Positions 1 through 10,492 of a stretch of DNA of 64,000 nt are shown here, piece after piece (within the stretch, counting starts at the first letter, position 1; every line of letters starts with the position of its first letter). Source of the DNA: Trichormus sp. ATA11-4-KO1. GTDB taxonomy: Bacteria; Cyanobacteriota; Cyanobacteriia; Cyanobacteriales; Nostocaceae. Location: assembly GCA_019358915.1 (NCBI GenBank), contig JAHHIM010000036.1, positions 352,001 through 416,000 on the forward strand. Reading direction: 5' to 3'. The translations under genes were made by a program, and so were the position numbers. Below the pieces are notes generated by a model. That model worked only from the letters and a program-made list of their open reading frames with translations, did not search any database and was not told where the DNA came from.

Positions 1-267
1 AAACGGGTCATTCCGCCCTTTTGACACTATTGCTTCTCGCTCTTTGGCATTAGTTGATTGAATTAAATTAGGAGTTGCAGAGGTATTTGTGACCACATTC
101 TTGGTAGACACCACAGGATTATTGAAAGATTGAGTTGCTGGTGGTAACTTTGCTGTCGGTGTCACAGTAGGCGTAGGATTAATAGCCTCTTGTGTACCTT
201 CCGAGCTACATCCAGCGATCGCCAAAGTTAAAAGAGCGACAAATGCAATTTTGGAATTTCTGCCCAT
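1..267 (-). CDS. Putative lipoprotein, partial (runs off the left edge); has a GRNDPF motif reminiscent of PilP-type N-termini
   Basis: Manual translation from ATG at 267: MGRNSKIAFVALLTLAIAGCSSEG...VSKGRNDPF. Lipobox LAIAGC, P/T-rich linker, no stop before base 1. Confidence 0.7.
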   Translation of the reverse strand, partial: MGRNSKIAFVALLTLAIAGCSSEGTQEAINPTPTVTPTAKLPPATQSFNNPVVSTKNVVTNTSATPNLIQSTNAKEREAIVSKGRNDPF

Positions 268-430
268 TAGCTGTTCTCAAAAGCTATAGCAAACTTTGCT
301 TGTGGAAATTAACTATGCCTATTTGTATTCAAGGCAAAGCATGTTCCCTTTATAACCTAATTTTCTGAATTTTAAAGGTTATTTTTAGCACCACCAGTCT
401 GGGGGAAATGCGGCTTAACCTTGCTGGCAA

Positions 431-1207
431 TTAATCTTCTGTCACACCCATGAGGTGCTTTAACAAGCCCAGCCCTTTTTTCACCCTACGGGAAACTGTA
501 ACTACACTAATCCCTAAGTGTTCAGCTACTTGTTTTTGGGTCAAGTCTTGCAAAAATACACATTCCAACACTTCACGAGTACATTTCTCTAGCTGAAACA
601 ATGCTTGTTGTAGGCGCATTTGGTCTTCTTGTGCCAGTTGAAAGCTGCGGTAATGAGGATCTGGAACCAATTCCCCTAGGCTGGTAGCTCCTTCTTCTCC
701 GTCCAGAATTGGGACATCCAAGCTCAGAGGGGCGCGATTGACCCATGCTAATTTAATTTCTTGCCATTCGTTTGGCGAAATCGCCAATGCTGTGGCTAAT
801 TCAGAGTCAGTAGGTTGACGGTTATATTTTTCGCGCAAAGAACGTGACACTCCTATTGCCTGCTGTTGCAGTGCCAAATAGCGCCGAGGAATTCGCACTG
901 TGACACCTTTATCTCGGAGGTAATGTTGAATTTCACCACGAATATAGGGAATAGCAAAAGAACTGAAAGCGTGCCCTTTGGAAATTTCAAATTTTTCAAT
1001 AGCCCTTATTAAACCCAAACAACCTACTTGGAGCAAGTCATCATAGCTTTCACGGCATTGATTTATCCAATAGTGAGCTTCTTTTCTGACCAGTCCAAAG
1101 TTAAGTTTTACCAGTTTATTACGAACAGTTTCTGAACGAGATTGTTGATATTCCCGCAATAACTGCCAAATTTCATGCTTCAGTTCGTTAGTGGCTGTAG
1201 TAGGCAT
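431..1207 (-). CDS. sigF: Group 3 RNA polymerase sigma factor (SigF/SigB type)
   Basis: Region 2 motif DLLQVGCLGLIRAIEKF...FSSFAIPYIRGEIQHYLRD and region 4 HTH LTQKQVAEHLGISVVTVSR; lies next to psbO as in Nostoc/Anabaena. Confidence 0.85.
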   Translation of the reverse strand: MPTTATNELKHEIWQLLREYQQSRSETVRNKLVKLNFGLVRKEAHYWINQCRESYDDLLQVGCLGLIRAIEKFEISKGHAFSSFAIPYIRGEIQHYLRDKGVTVRIPRRYLALQQQAIGVSRSLREKYNRQPTDSELATALAISPNEWQEIKLAWVNRAPLSLDVPILDGEEGATSLGELVPDPHYRSFQLAQEDQMRLQQALFQLEKCTREVLECVFLQDLTQKQVAEHLGISVVTVSRRVKKGLGLLKHLMGVTED

Positions 1208-1726
1208 AGCACCGCGTTTATTTAGTAAATAAACAGTGAATACCCGCTTAAAAAAAAGCTACAATTGTCCGATATTCCAGCAAAAAATTGGCTATCTTTT
1301 TTATCAAAATATATGATAAATAACAATTTGTGCTGCGCATCACCTTATATGTTTGACAATCGAGCAAAATTCAAATAAGCGAAATTGGTATTTTGTTTGG
1401 TCTTTAAAATTGTTGTCTATATGTAGTTTTGAAAGCTACATATAGACAACATATAAAATTATTTATTTAATTTCAAACCGAAATTTTACTTAATTTGATT
1501 ACTTAAATATGCCATCTAATAGCTAAAATTTTGCTAAATACTCAAAATTTTGTTCTCCGTAAAACTACTATAGTTATTCAATAAAATTTAATTTTATTCA
1601 GTAACTGAGTGTCAAGAAATATCTTCATTAAGGTATTGAGTACAGGAGTACAGCTGAGTTAATCAACACCGTCCTAACCTGTGTGACTTTGGCTATAAAT
1701 TTGTGTTCATTTGGTCGTAAATTAGT

Positions 1727-1765
1727 AAAAAACCCATTTGCTCTCAAAACAAGGAGCAAATGGGT
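1727..1765 (-). terminator. Rho-independent terminator of psbO
   Basis: 12-bp stem ACCCATTTGCTC...GAGCAAATGGGT followed by a U-tract on the minus strand. Confidence 0.65.
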
Positions 1766-1839
1766 GAAATCAGGCGATGAAGTTGATGATTACAAAACCA
1801 TATTCTTGAGTATTAACCAGTTGTCATACTCAAAAGGAT

Positions 1840-2673
1840 TTAGCCACGATTTGGTTCAACCCGTGCATAAAACAGGCCTCGAATCTTGACTTCCTTGGGT
1901 TCGCCAGCACCCAAATCAGTATCAGATGGTTGTTCGCTCTCGAAAGTACCAGCAATTTCACCACTAGAGCTATCTACTTTGGCTACTTGCAGAGAAATCG
2001 TGCCATCAAGAGTGTCAACACGTTTGACGTTAGCGCGTGTGAGTTCTTCGTCATCGGCTTGGGCAGGGAGAGCCACAGCATTATCATAGCCAGTGACGAC
2101 ACCACGACCTTTGGGATCTAGGAAGGCAGCACCACGATAGGAAGGAACCTTAAAAGTACCTTCAAAGTCCGTGGAAGTGTTGATGCTGGTCAAACCAGGT
2201 TGTGTTTGAGCAACTAAATCTTTGATGGTGAAGAGAAAAGGTACTGATTCACCACCAGGGAGTTTGACAGTGATGGCTTGGAAGTCAAGACCATCAGCTT
2301 CTACAAAGGTCAGGCTATTATCTGGGTTGATTTTCAGGTCGCCTTGTACCTGATCAATGGTAGAAGTGTATCTGGTCAATAATTTTCCAGGCACAAATTC
2401 TGCTGTTTGTCGTTTATTAGCAGGTTCTTCTTTCACAAAGAAAGTCGTTGGTTCCAAGCAGAGTTCTTTAATGGTGTAGGACTGGCTGGAATCAATGGGA
2501 ATAGAACCACGGCTGGTTTCTGCTAGTTGGGGGCATGAGTTAGCCAAACCAGTGCCTCGAATTTGTTCGTAAGTAAGTAAATCTTTGCCAGTAGAAGCTG
2601 GAGCTTCACTGCAAGCAGTTAATAGCCCCAGACACATAGCCAAGAATGCAACAATTAAAGCGCGATACCTCAT
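1840..2673 (-). CDS. psbO: Photosystem II manganese-stabilising protein PsbO
   Basis: MRYRALIVAFLA signal peptide; GTGLANSCP, VPSYRGAAFLDPKGRG and FESEQPSDTDLGA motifs. ATG 2673 preferred over the upstream TTG. Confidence 0.97.
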   Translation of the reverse strand: MRYRALIVAFLAMCLGLLTACSEAPASTGKDLLTYEQIRGTGLANSCPQLAETSRGSIPIDSSQSYTIKELCLEPTTFFVKEEPANKRQTAEFVPGKLLTRYTSTIDQVQGDLKINPDNSLTFVEADGLDFQAITVKLPGGESVPFLFTIKDLVAQTQPGLTSINTSTDFEGTFKVPSYRGAAFLDPKGRGVVTGYDNAVALPAQADDEELTRANVKRVDTLDGTISLQVAKVDSSSGEIAGTFESEQPSDTDLGAGEPKEVKIRGLFYARVEPNRG

Positions 2674-3337
2674 GGTCAACCTCAATGTCAAAAATTAATA
2701 TCTAAGTTGTAAAACTGCACCGCAGCTTTGATGGGATGGACACTTGGCTTAACTCAAGCCACTGCTTTTGGCAAGCGGCGTGGGAACCTTTCCCACGCAG
2801 GTGTCCTCCAGAAGCCACCGCTCAAACTTCTCACTGCTAAACGCACTTAACGCGTCGCTTTCTTAAGCCTTTAGTTTAAATCAAAGGCTGACCCGCACAC
2901 CGGATCTATTTTTTTTGATGTGTGGTTCAAGAGCAGCAAAACCAGCAGTTTTACTGGTGGCGGTATTTGCTAGGGTTTGGGTGCATGAGTGAATACGCCC
3001 CAGTACAGAGCAGCATCAGGGCTGACTTCGAGAAACGCAAAGCAAAACCTAGCTTTGCGCTTGCTTTGCAAATGCTGATGGCATTTGCAGTGTTGCCCAA
3101 ATCGTTCTGTATTATGTATGTGTTGTCACTACATACAGCCCATTGCCTTATAGGGAAATCAGCCAGATCATACGATTTTTTTTAACTCAAGATCAAAGCA
3201 CTCTGGTCTTAACCAAAAAAACCTGATGCTACATAGTTCACTGAGAGACGGTGCTAAGGGACTGACAAATAAATAAATAGTGCTTCCTGCCTGAATATGG
3301 GTATTTAATATCACTTCTTCCCTCTGACTTCTAACTT

Positions 3338-3595
3338 CGTTCAAAACCAGGGAGATTTTTGCCCCTTTGGGCGTTGGAGAGGGGTTGGGGCAGGGCTGAT
3401 TCGTTCTCTAAAAGGGTTAAAATTGCAAGGGCAAATCCACAATTAAGACCGAAAATTTTGGCATCTTCAGTCCGAAATACCTGATTTTTCTTTGCGTCTT
3501 TGCGCCTTTGCGTGAGATTATCCTCTTGACAAATCTCCAACACAAGCGAATGAAACAGCCCTGGGGGTTGGGGTGAGCTCCATCGAATTCACGTT
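3338..3595 (+). repeat. Partial copy of the dispersed GGAGAGGGGTTGGGGTGAG...TCGAATTCACGTT repeat family, interrupted by a MITE
   Basis: With 3391-3563 and one TSD removed, it aligns by eye with the copies at 33855-34009 (reverse) and about 51700-51879. Confidence 0.7.
3391..3563. mobile_element. 173-bp MITE with CAGGGC termini (ISAs1-like ends)
   Basis: TIRs CAGGGCTGATTCGTTC / GAATGAAACAGCCCTG (14/16 match); perfect 10-bp direct repeat GGGGTTGGGG at 3381-3390 and 3564-3573. Confidence 0.85.
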
Positions 3596-3799
3596 AATTT
3601 AATTTTTGGAGTTCACATAGTAGTTGCCAAGTAGCTTAGGACAGAAACTAATTATCAAACTCAGACACGAAGGGACTTTGAAGCCTGCTCCTGTCTCTTA
3701 TACCCTGGTGCACTTATGCACTTGACGTTTAAGATAGCGAGTGAAAGCTAACAATCTCCGGTAAATTTGAGTAGACTTCATTTACACGGAGATAGTGGT

Positions 3800-4174
3800 A
3801 TGAGCAACAACAAAAGTTTTGAATCAGAGAAGTTGGCTGATCAACTGCAAACGATCGCCATAGCAGTGCATGATGTGGCTAAGGTTTGTCAAGGAGATGC
3901 TATAGCTATTTTGGGCTTGCTACGGCATTTGGAGCAGTTACACCGAGATATCCGAGATAGTATCTTTCAAGAGAGTTTGCCTGATAATCGCCAGAAACTC
4001 TACTCACTACTGAAAGATATTGAGTCTGAGGGAGGCTGGCCTTACATTGAGCGCATGAGACTGCAAGCATTTTTAGCCACTTTGCCACCAGAAGCCATGG
4101 AAGATATGGAGAATAATTACGAGCAGAAAAACAGCGATGATTTGTTAGACAGCGATCGCTCCTTGAGTTGGTAA
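3800..4174 (+). CDS. Conserved cyanobacterial hypothetical protein
   Basis: Motif LRHLEQLHRDIRDSIFQESLPDNRQKLYSLLKDIESEGGWPYIERM; ATG at 3800 preceded by GGAG. Confidence 0.75.
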   Translation: MSNNKSFESEKLADQLQTIAIAVHDVAKVCQGDAIAILGLLRHLEQLHRDIRDSIFQESLPDNRQKLYSLLKDIESEGGWPYIERMRLQAFLATLPPEAMEDMENNYEQKNSDDLLDSDRSLSW

Positions 4175-4250
4175 GCTAAAAACTAGTTTTGAGTTTTGTA
4201 TTAAAAATTCATCACTCTTCATAACTCTTAACTCACAACCCCAAAATATT

Positions 4251-4802
4251 TTAGTGGCTGCGGCTGATGTCATCACCAAGAAAGCGATCGCTTTCTTCCA
4301 CATTACGGTTGTGTTTAAGGTAATCATTTACCCAGTTGCAACCACGAAGAAGCAGGTGATCAAGATGCAAATTCCACAAAATAATCGTTGTATCATCACT
4401 TGCCAAATCAGCTTTTGTTTTTTTTAGTGAACGTGTACCTTTTTCATCAGTTAACTTAAACAATAATTTCCAACTTAACTCTTCATTTTGTTGACCACAA
4501 TCTTTAGCAACTTCCTCTAAACTAGGTTCTACTAATTTTTCTGAGCCACCACAAAGTGTATATTGTTTATAATCAGCACGAATAATTATTTAGCCGCCAT
4601 ATCCGGGTCTTGATTGGACTCAAAATAAGCCACGTGAAGTCCTGCAATTTCCAACTCTGCTTTCTGCTTTTAGACGCTGTAATTCCGTTGATTTACCACA
4701 GCCAACATAACCTGTAAATAACTGACAGGTTGGCTCATCCGGAAAAATATGTGTGATGGTACGTTGCAATACTACATAGATTTTGCTGATGTACGTGGTT
4801 AA
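4251..4802 (-). pseudogene. Collapsed relic of a P-loop ATPase plus WD40-repeat (STAND-like) gene pair
   Basis: Minus-strand fragments: LQRTITHIFPDEPTCQLFTGYVGCGKSTELQRLKAE (Walker A), a frameshift, ELEIAGLHVAYFESNQD, then LEEVAKDCG...LFKLTDEKGTRSLKKTKADLA and the WD40 tail SDDTTIILWNLHLDHLLLRGCNWVNDYLKHN. Confidence 0.75.
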
Positions 4803-5213
4803 AAAGTGTGTATAAAAAAATACTAATTATTAGGTGCGGTCGTACAGAGGTAGACACCATTTAGACGGCTTCTCGCACGGCGAATCATGGCTTTGCGCGT
4901 AAGTTTAACCAAATTTATTGGCAGTCATCTAGCAAAATACAAATTGTGTTATGGTTGTCAATACTTTTTTGTAGCATTTTCAACGGTAACAGCTATTACC
5001 TACCAAAAAGGTTATGTTCGGTTTAAACTAAACACTGCAAACTTGAGGAAAAAGATTACTACTACCTAAATACTGGTGTAGTTGCCACAAAGTGTTACTA
5101 AAAGTAAAAAAAGTCTTGAGGAGAGAGGCTAATAGATACTGGCAGGGTTTACTGTAATTAATCAATGAGCTGAGCCTAGCAAAGAATTAGATTGAAACCA
5201 AAAAGGGGTTTGA

Positions 5214-6050
5214 ATGGCTGGCATAGTATCAGTTTCCCACAGACATTTGGTCCAGCGCCGTAAGAAATTACGTCGCCAGAGGCAAATGAAAATTATCCAG
5301 GCTATATGGCGAACCGTTGCCATTAGTGGTCTGGCAGGTGGTTTGCTGTGGGTGGCAATCCAACCAATATGGGTGTTGAATGCTCCCAATCAAATTGTCA
5401 TGAAATCAGGCGATCAATTACTATCGGAAGCGGTGATTCAGTCATTACTGGTGATATCCTATCCTCAGTCTTTATGGCGAATTCAACCTTCGGCGATCGC
5501 TCACTCTTTGCAGCAACAACCGACTATTGCACAAGCAAGTGTTAGTCGTCGGCTTTTTCCTCCTGGATTAAACATTGAAATACAGGAGAGAGTGCCTGTA
5601 GCAATAGGTCAGAAGCCCAAAGCACAAAATACAGCTACGGGCAAAAAACAAGTATCTGTGGGTTTACTAGATGCTAGTGGGGTTTGGATACCCTTAGAAA
5701 AATACACATTAGTCAATCCCAGCGTCAAATTGCCGAGTCTCAAGGTTGTTGGTTCACCAGAACAGTATCGCTCTTACTGGAGTCAACTTTATCCATCATT
5801 AAGTCAAAGTACCGTGAAAGTTACGGAAATTGATTGCCAAGATCCCACAAATATCATCTTGAAAACAGAATTAGGAAATGTGCATCTTGGTGTCCCAGGA
5901 CCTCAGTTAACTGAGCAAATCAAGGTACTCTCCCAAATGCGATATTTAAATGGAAAAATCAATAATAGTCAAATAGAGTACATTAATTTGAAGAATCCTA
6001 AATATCCGTTAGTACACGTGAACCAAAAAAACCAAAAACTTGACTCCTAA
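5214..6050 (+). CDS. ftsQ: Cell division protein FtsQ (POTRA)
   Basis: Basic N-tail, one TM helix, POTRA segment ending VSRRLFPPGLNIEIQERVPVA; directly upstream of ftsZ. Confidence 0.92.
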   Translation: MAGIVSVSHRHLVQRRKKLRRQRQMKIIQAIWRTVAISGLAGGLLWVAIQPIWVLNAPNQIVMKSGDQLLSEAVIQSLLVISYPQSLWRIQPSAIAHSLQQQPTIAQASVSRRLFPPGLNIEIQERVPVAIGQKPKAQNTATGKKQVSVGLLDASGVWIPLEKYTLVNPSVKLPSLKVVGSPEQYRSYWSQLYPSLSQSTVKVTEIDCQDPTNIILKTELGNVHLGVPGPQLTEQIKVLSQMRYLNGKINNSQIEYINLKNPKYPLVHVNQKNQKLDS

Positions 6051-6396
6051 ACTCCTGAGAAACATCATGCTAATCTAAACCATTAACAAGAAATAGTAGG
6101 AGGGCATTGGGTATGCTGAAGTTATAATGTGCCAAATTAGTGAAAATATTAATTTCTCATAGAAGTTATACAGATCAATATTTAGGTAAATGTTAGGTAT
6201 ACTTCTCTAGAATTAGCTGTGCGATCAGCTGCGTTTAAGCTTATCCCATAGCCAACTTTCACCATGACAATCCTGTTAAGGTTGAAAGTCGTGATCACAA
6301 TAAAGAACAGTGCCATACATTTTGGCAGCGTCAAACTATAGTTGACTCTTAGGTGAATACACCTGAAAAAGTCGTTTATCTACCTTTCTGAATCCA

Positions 6397-7680
6397 ATGA
6401 CACTTGATAACAACCAAGGGCTTACCTATAAAAATTCCCAATCTGTGGGACAGCCGGGGTTTCCACTGGCAGTTAACTCAACTAATCCCTTTAATAACTC
6501 TGGTCTGAACTTTGGACAAAACCATGACAGTAAAAAGATATCCACGGAAAATAGCCGGATTGGCGAAATTGTTCCTGGTCGGGTTGCCAACATTAAAGTG
6601 ATTGGTGTGGGTGGTGGTGGAGGAAATGCGGTTAACCGCATGATTGAGTCCGATGTTTCAGGAGTGGAGTTTTGGTCAATTAACACTGATGCGCAAGCTT
6701 TGACACTGGCAGGCGCTCCTAGTCGGTTACAAATTGGACAAAAGCTAACGCGCGGTTTAGGAGCAGGTGGTAATCCTGCTATTGGTCAAAAGGCAGCTGA
6801 GGAATCACGGGACGAAATTGCTACGGCTTTAGAAGGTGCTGACCTAGTGTTTATCACTGCCGGCATGGGAGGCGGTACTGGGACAGGTGCAGCCCCAATT
6901 GTTGCGGAAGTAGCAAAAGAAATGGGTGCTCTCACTGTGGGTGTGGTAACACGTCCATTTGTCTTTGAGGGACGCCGCCGCACTAGCCAAGCGGAGCAAG
7001 GTATTGAAGGGTTAAAAAGTAGGGTAGATACGTTGATTATTATCCCTAATAACAAGTTGCTGGAAGTGATTCCTGAGCAAACCCCTGTACAAGAAGCTTT
7101 TCGCTATGCAGATGATGTGCTGCGTCAAGGGGTACAAGGAATTTCTGATATCATCACGATCCCAGGCTTGGTAAACGTTGACTTTGCCGATGTCAGAGCT
7201 GTGATGGCAGATGCGGGATCGGCACTGATGGGGATTGGTGTCAGTTCAGGAAAATCAAGAGCGAGAGAAGCGGCGATCGCGGCTATTTCTTCACCATTAT
7301 TAGAATGTTCTATTGAAGGAGCTAGAGGAGTTGTCTTTAATATTACTGGTGGTAGCGACCTCACTCTGCATGAAGTGAATGCTGCCGCAGAAGCCATATA
7401 TGAAGTAGTTGATCCCAACGCTAATATTATTTTCGGCGCAGTAATTGATGACAGACTCCAAGGTGAGGTGAGAATTACTGTAATTGCCACTGGGTTTACA
7501 GGTGAAATACAAGCAGCACCACCACAAAATGTGGCTAATACCAGGGGAGCACCTCCCCCAAAACGGCCAACAGGACAGCAACCAACAGTTAATCCTCCCA
7601 CACCAGTTGCTGAACCCAAAGAAAAATCGGGATTAGATATCCCTGACTTTCTGCGAAATCGGCGGACACCACGGAATTAA
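6397..7680 (+). CDS. ftsZ: Cell division GTPase FtsZ
   Basis: [26 protein letters not shown] tubulin signature, C-terminal LDIPDFLR. Confidence 0.99.
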   Translation: MTLDNNQGLTYKNSQSVGQPGFPLAVNSTNPFNNSGLNFGQNHDSKKISTENSRIGEIVPGRVANIKVIGVGGGGGNAVNRMIESDVSGVEFWSINTDAQALTLAGAPSRLQIGQKLTRGLGAGGNPAIGQKAAEESRDEIATALEGADLVFITAGMGGGTGTGAAPIVAEVAKEMGALTVGVVTRPFVFEGRRRTSQAEQGIEGLKSRVDTLIIIPNNKLLEVIPEQTPVQEAFRYADDVLRQGVQGISDIITIPGLVNVDFADVRAVMADAGSALMGIGVSSGKSRAREAAIAAISSPLLECSIEGARGVVFNITGGSDLTLHEVNAAAEAIYEVVDPNANIIFGAVIDDRLQGEVRITVIATGFTGEIQAAPPQNVANTRGAPPPKRPTGQQPTVNPPTPVAEPKEKSGLDIPDFLRNRRTPRN

Positions 7681-8006
7681 TTGATTTTGGATTTGAGTTT
7701 TTAGATGAAATTTGCAGTGTCAGGTTTAGCTGAGCACTGTATAAAATCTACTAGTGCTAGAGTTTCACCAGGAACATGGGTAAGTAATACCGTTGCTATA
7801 CCCAAAGTGGCAAATTGGTGCTGGAACTTGTCAATGCTATTCACATATAGAATGACTGGGGCAAGAGTCCACAGGCTCAGATGTCCTAATTTGTATTGGA
7901 AAAATTACAAATAGAGGGTTGGGAGCAAGCTCATTGCTGATGTTTATGGCAATCTAGTAACTAAAGCTGACTATAAAAAACTTAGGGGTTAACTAACCAA
8001 GATAAA

Positions 8007-8987
8007 TTATTGTAATTTTTTAGTTAGTAAAGTCTGCTCAACCCACTCAATCACCTGATCACCAAGATGAGTGCTATCTAGCCGATCAATTTCACGAATT
8101 CCAGTAGGACTGGTGACGTTGACTTCAGTCAGATAGCCACCAATCACGTCAATACCGACAAATATTAAGCCGTCTTTACGTAAGGTTTCGGCTATTTGGG
8201 TACAGATTTCATACTCTCTTGGGGTAATTTCTGTTTTAGCAACTGTACCACCAGCCGCCATATTATTGCGAAAGTCAGTGCCACTAGAAAGGCGATTGAG
8301 GGCACCAATGGGTTCTCCATTGAGCAGAATAATCCGCTTATCTCCCTCTTTAGCCTTTGGTAAATAGGTTTGCACCATCACTGGTATTCGACCATGAAGT
8401 GTACTGAGTTCAACAATAGAGTTGAAATTGCGATCGCCTGGTTGTAAGAATAAAATCCCTTCCCCAGCTTTGTTACCCAGTGGTTTGATAATTGCTGCGC
8501 CCTTGGCTTCAAGAAATTGCCGGATAAACTGCTTGTCTGCACTGACAATGGTTTCGGGAATCGCGTTGGTAAACTGGAGGGCATACATTTTTTCGTTTGC
8601 CCCTCGGATACCATTGGGATTGTTAATCACCAGAGTTTTGTGTTGGTCAATGTAATCTAGAACGTAGGTAGTATAGAGGTAAGAATCATTAACTGGTGGA
8701 TCTGTCCGCATAAACACGGCATCCATTGTTTCTAAGGATGTAAAGTAGGCGTCACTCAACTTATACCAAGGATTCGTCGCTACCCAGCGTTCCTCCACCA
8801 ACTGCACCGGGACAAGTTCTACCTGCTGTAGGATAGCCCAAGCTTTGCTATCTACCACGCTCAACAGATTAGCTTGAGTCACCCAAATTTCATGTCCCAA
8901 GGTTTGTGCTGCTTCCATCAGAGCAACGCTGGTATCATGACACGGATCAAGCTGATGGATGGGATCAATAATAAAAGCCAGTTTCAC
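8007..8987 (-). CDS. gshB: Glutathione synthetase
   Basis: KLAFIIDP, VFMRTDPP, GDKRIILLNGEP and EVNVTSPTG motifs; GTG start at 8987 with GAGG upstream. Confidence 0.95.
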   Translation of the reverse strand: MKLAFIIDPIHQLDPCHDTSVALMEAAQTLGHEIWVTQANLLSVVDSKAWAILQQVELVPVQLVEERWVATNPWYKLSDAYFTSLETMDAVFMRTDPPVNDSYLYTTYVLDYIDQHKTLVINNPNGIRGANEKMYALQFTNAIPETIVSADKQFIRQFLEAKGAAIIKPLGNKAGEGILFLQPGDRNFNSIVELSTLHGRIPVMVQTYLPKAKEGDKRIILLNGEPIGALNRLSSGTDFRNNMAAGGTVAKTEITPREYEICTQIAETLRKDGLIFVGIDVIGGYLTEVNVTSPTGIREIDRLDSTHLGDQVIEWVEQTLLTKKLQ

Positions 8988-9107
8988 ACTATTTGCCTCA
9001 ATCACCGGGACATTCTGAAATTACCCAATTTAGATTATCCCCTGATGATTAGACTAATTCACAATCGCTTTTGTGGGAAAAAGTCCAATCTTGAATATTG
9101 TCTCAAC

Positions 9108-9380
9108 TTACACACTATTACTAGAAGCTAGTAATTCATCCAATTGGCCTTGACTTTCTAAAGCGTGGATATCATCACAACCCCCAACATGGCGATCATT
9201 AATAAAAATTTGCGGTAGAGAGCGTCTTCCGTTGGCTCTTTCAGCCATTTTAGAGCGTTCTGCTTCGTTGCCATCAATGCAGTATTCAATAAAATCAACT
9301 TTTTTCTTGTTCAGTAAACTTTTAGCACGGATGCAAAATGGGCAAGTACTCCAAGTGTAAATTTCAACTTTAGCAGCCAT
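9108..9380 (-). CDS. grxC: Glutaredoxin 3
   Basis: CPFC active site; SLPQIFIND-HVGGCDD. Confidence 0.93.
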   Translation of the reverse strand: MAAKVEIYTWSTCPFCIRAKSLLNKKKVDFIEYCIDGNEAERSKMAERANGRRSLPQIFINDRHVGGCDDIHALESQGQLDELLASSNSV

Positions 9381-9778
9381 AACGTCCTCATCTTGATTTA
9401 ATACTTCTTAATTTTAGAACGTTGTTCTTGGCTGTAGCCGCTCTCTGACTAATAAAAAAGCGGAGCTTGTCCGTCAGATATCACTCAACGAAATTAGCAC
9501 CGCTACCTAACTGACTGGAAAAAAATTGGTGTTTTTTTACCTTGGTGGTAAAAAAATCTTCAACCACAAAGACACCAGGACACAAAGAGTTTTTATATGT
9601 TCTGGTGTATGCAGTTTATGTCGGCTACTTAGTTAACTCCTACAAAATTTGCGGATATTATAATTAAGCCTAAAGCGGAGACTGAAAATTGCCGAATGGT
9701 AGATTTTTTTATTGACCTTGCTGTTTTTTATACCGGAAATTTGACGAACCTTGATATCAACATCTACGGTAGTTTAAT

Positions 9779-10492
9779 TTAAGCTTGTACTAAAGGCTTT
9801 TTCTTTAGTACTCTCACCGCACCCACAACACAGAACCCGAGAGCAGCTATTGTAGCAGGCTCTGGTGTACGTTGAGGAGTTTCAGGAATAGTTACGTAAC
9901 TAGCTTTAAATAACGAAGCATGAGACAAATCTTTCCCTGATTTGCCATTTCCAGCTAGAGAAACGCCGATGGTATTGAAAATTCCTTCTAAACCTGTTTG
10001 AGAGAAATCAATGTTTTGGAATAGATAAGCGCTGTAAGAAGTACCACTCTTGAGACTAATTACAAACGTACTCAGACCACTGTCCAGAGCTTGATCCAAA
10101 CTCCATGTACCAGTGCTAGAGTCATTTTGTGCTTGAAAACCAAACTCATTGTTCTGACTAGAGTCTGATTTTCCCACTAACTCCCAAGTGGCGTTAGTAC
10201 CAACGTTAAACAGACCATTATTCAAATCAGTCAGTAAAGGGTTTCCTGCTCCTGTATCATTACCAGTAAAAGGTCCCTGACAAGCACTAGCACTAACAGA
10301 GCCGATGAATACATCAGTAAGACTACATTTCGCACTAGAAGAAGTTGTAGTGGTATTGGAAGTGGTGCTAGTAGGAGTTGAATTTTTATGAGGATTCTTT
10401 GCTAAAGCCGAGGGAGCTAAGGCGAAACAATAGAGTCCAATTGCAGATGTAATTGATAGACCAAAAACTAATTTGGAAAAAATTTTTGGCAT
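9779..10492 (-). CDS. Secreted PEP-CTERM sorting-domain protein
   Basis: Signal peptide, S/T-rich linker, C-terminal TPEPATIAALG + TM helix + KKK. Confidence 0.85.
   Translation of the reverse strand: MPKIFSKLVFGLSITSAIGLYCFALAPSALAKNPHKNSTPTSTTSNTTTTSSSAKCSLTDVFIGSVSASACQGPFTGNDTGAGNPLLTDLNNGLFNVGTNATWELVGKSDSSQNNEFGFQAQNDSSTGTWSLDQALDSGLSTFVISLKSGTSYSAYLFQNIDFSQTGLEGIFNTIGVSLAGNGKSGKDLSHASLFKASYVTIPETPQRTPEPATIAALGFCVVGAVRVLKKKPLVQA

Noticed and set aside
3331..3543. 70-aa ORF (also 51715-51972, 37919-38215 and 61741-61998)
   Set aside because: Translations of MITE or tandem-repeat sequence.
6426..7619. Antisense ORFs under ftsZ (and similar ones under malic enzyme, rpiA, herA, hetC and dxs)
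   Set aside because: In-register shadows of conserved genes with no recognisable domain; they show that open antisense frames alone are weak evidence.
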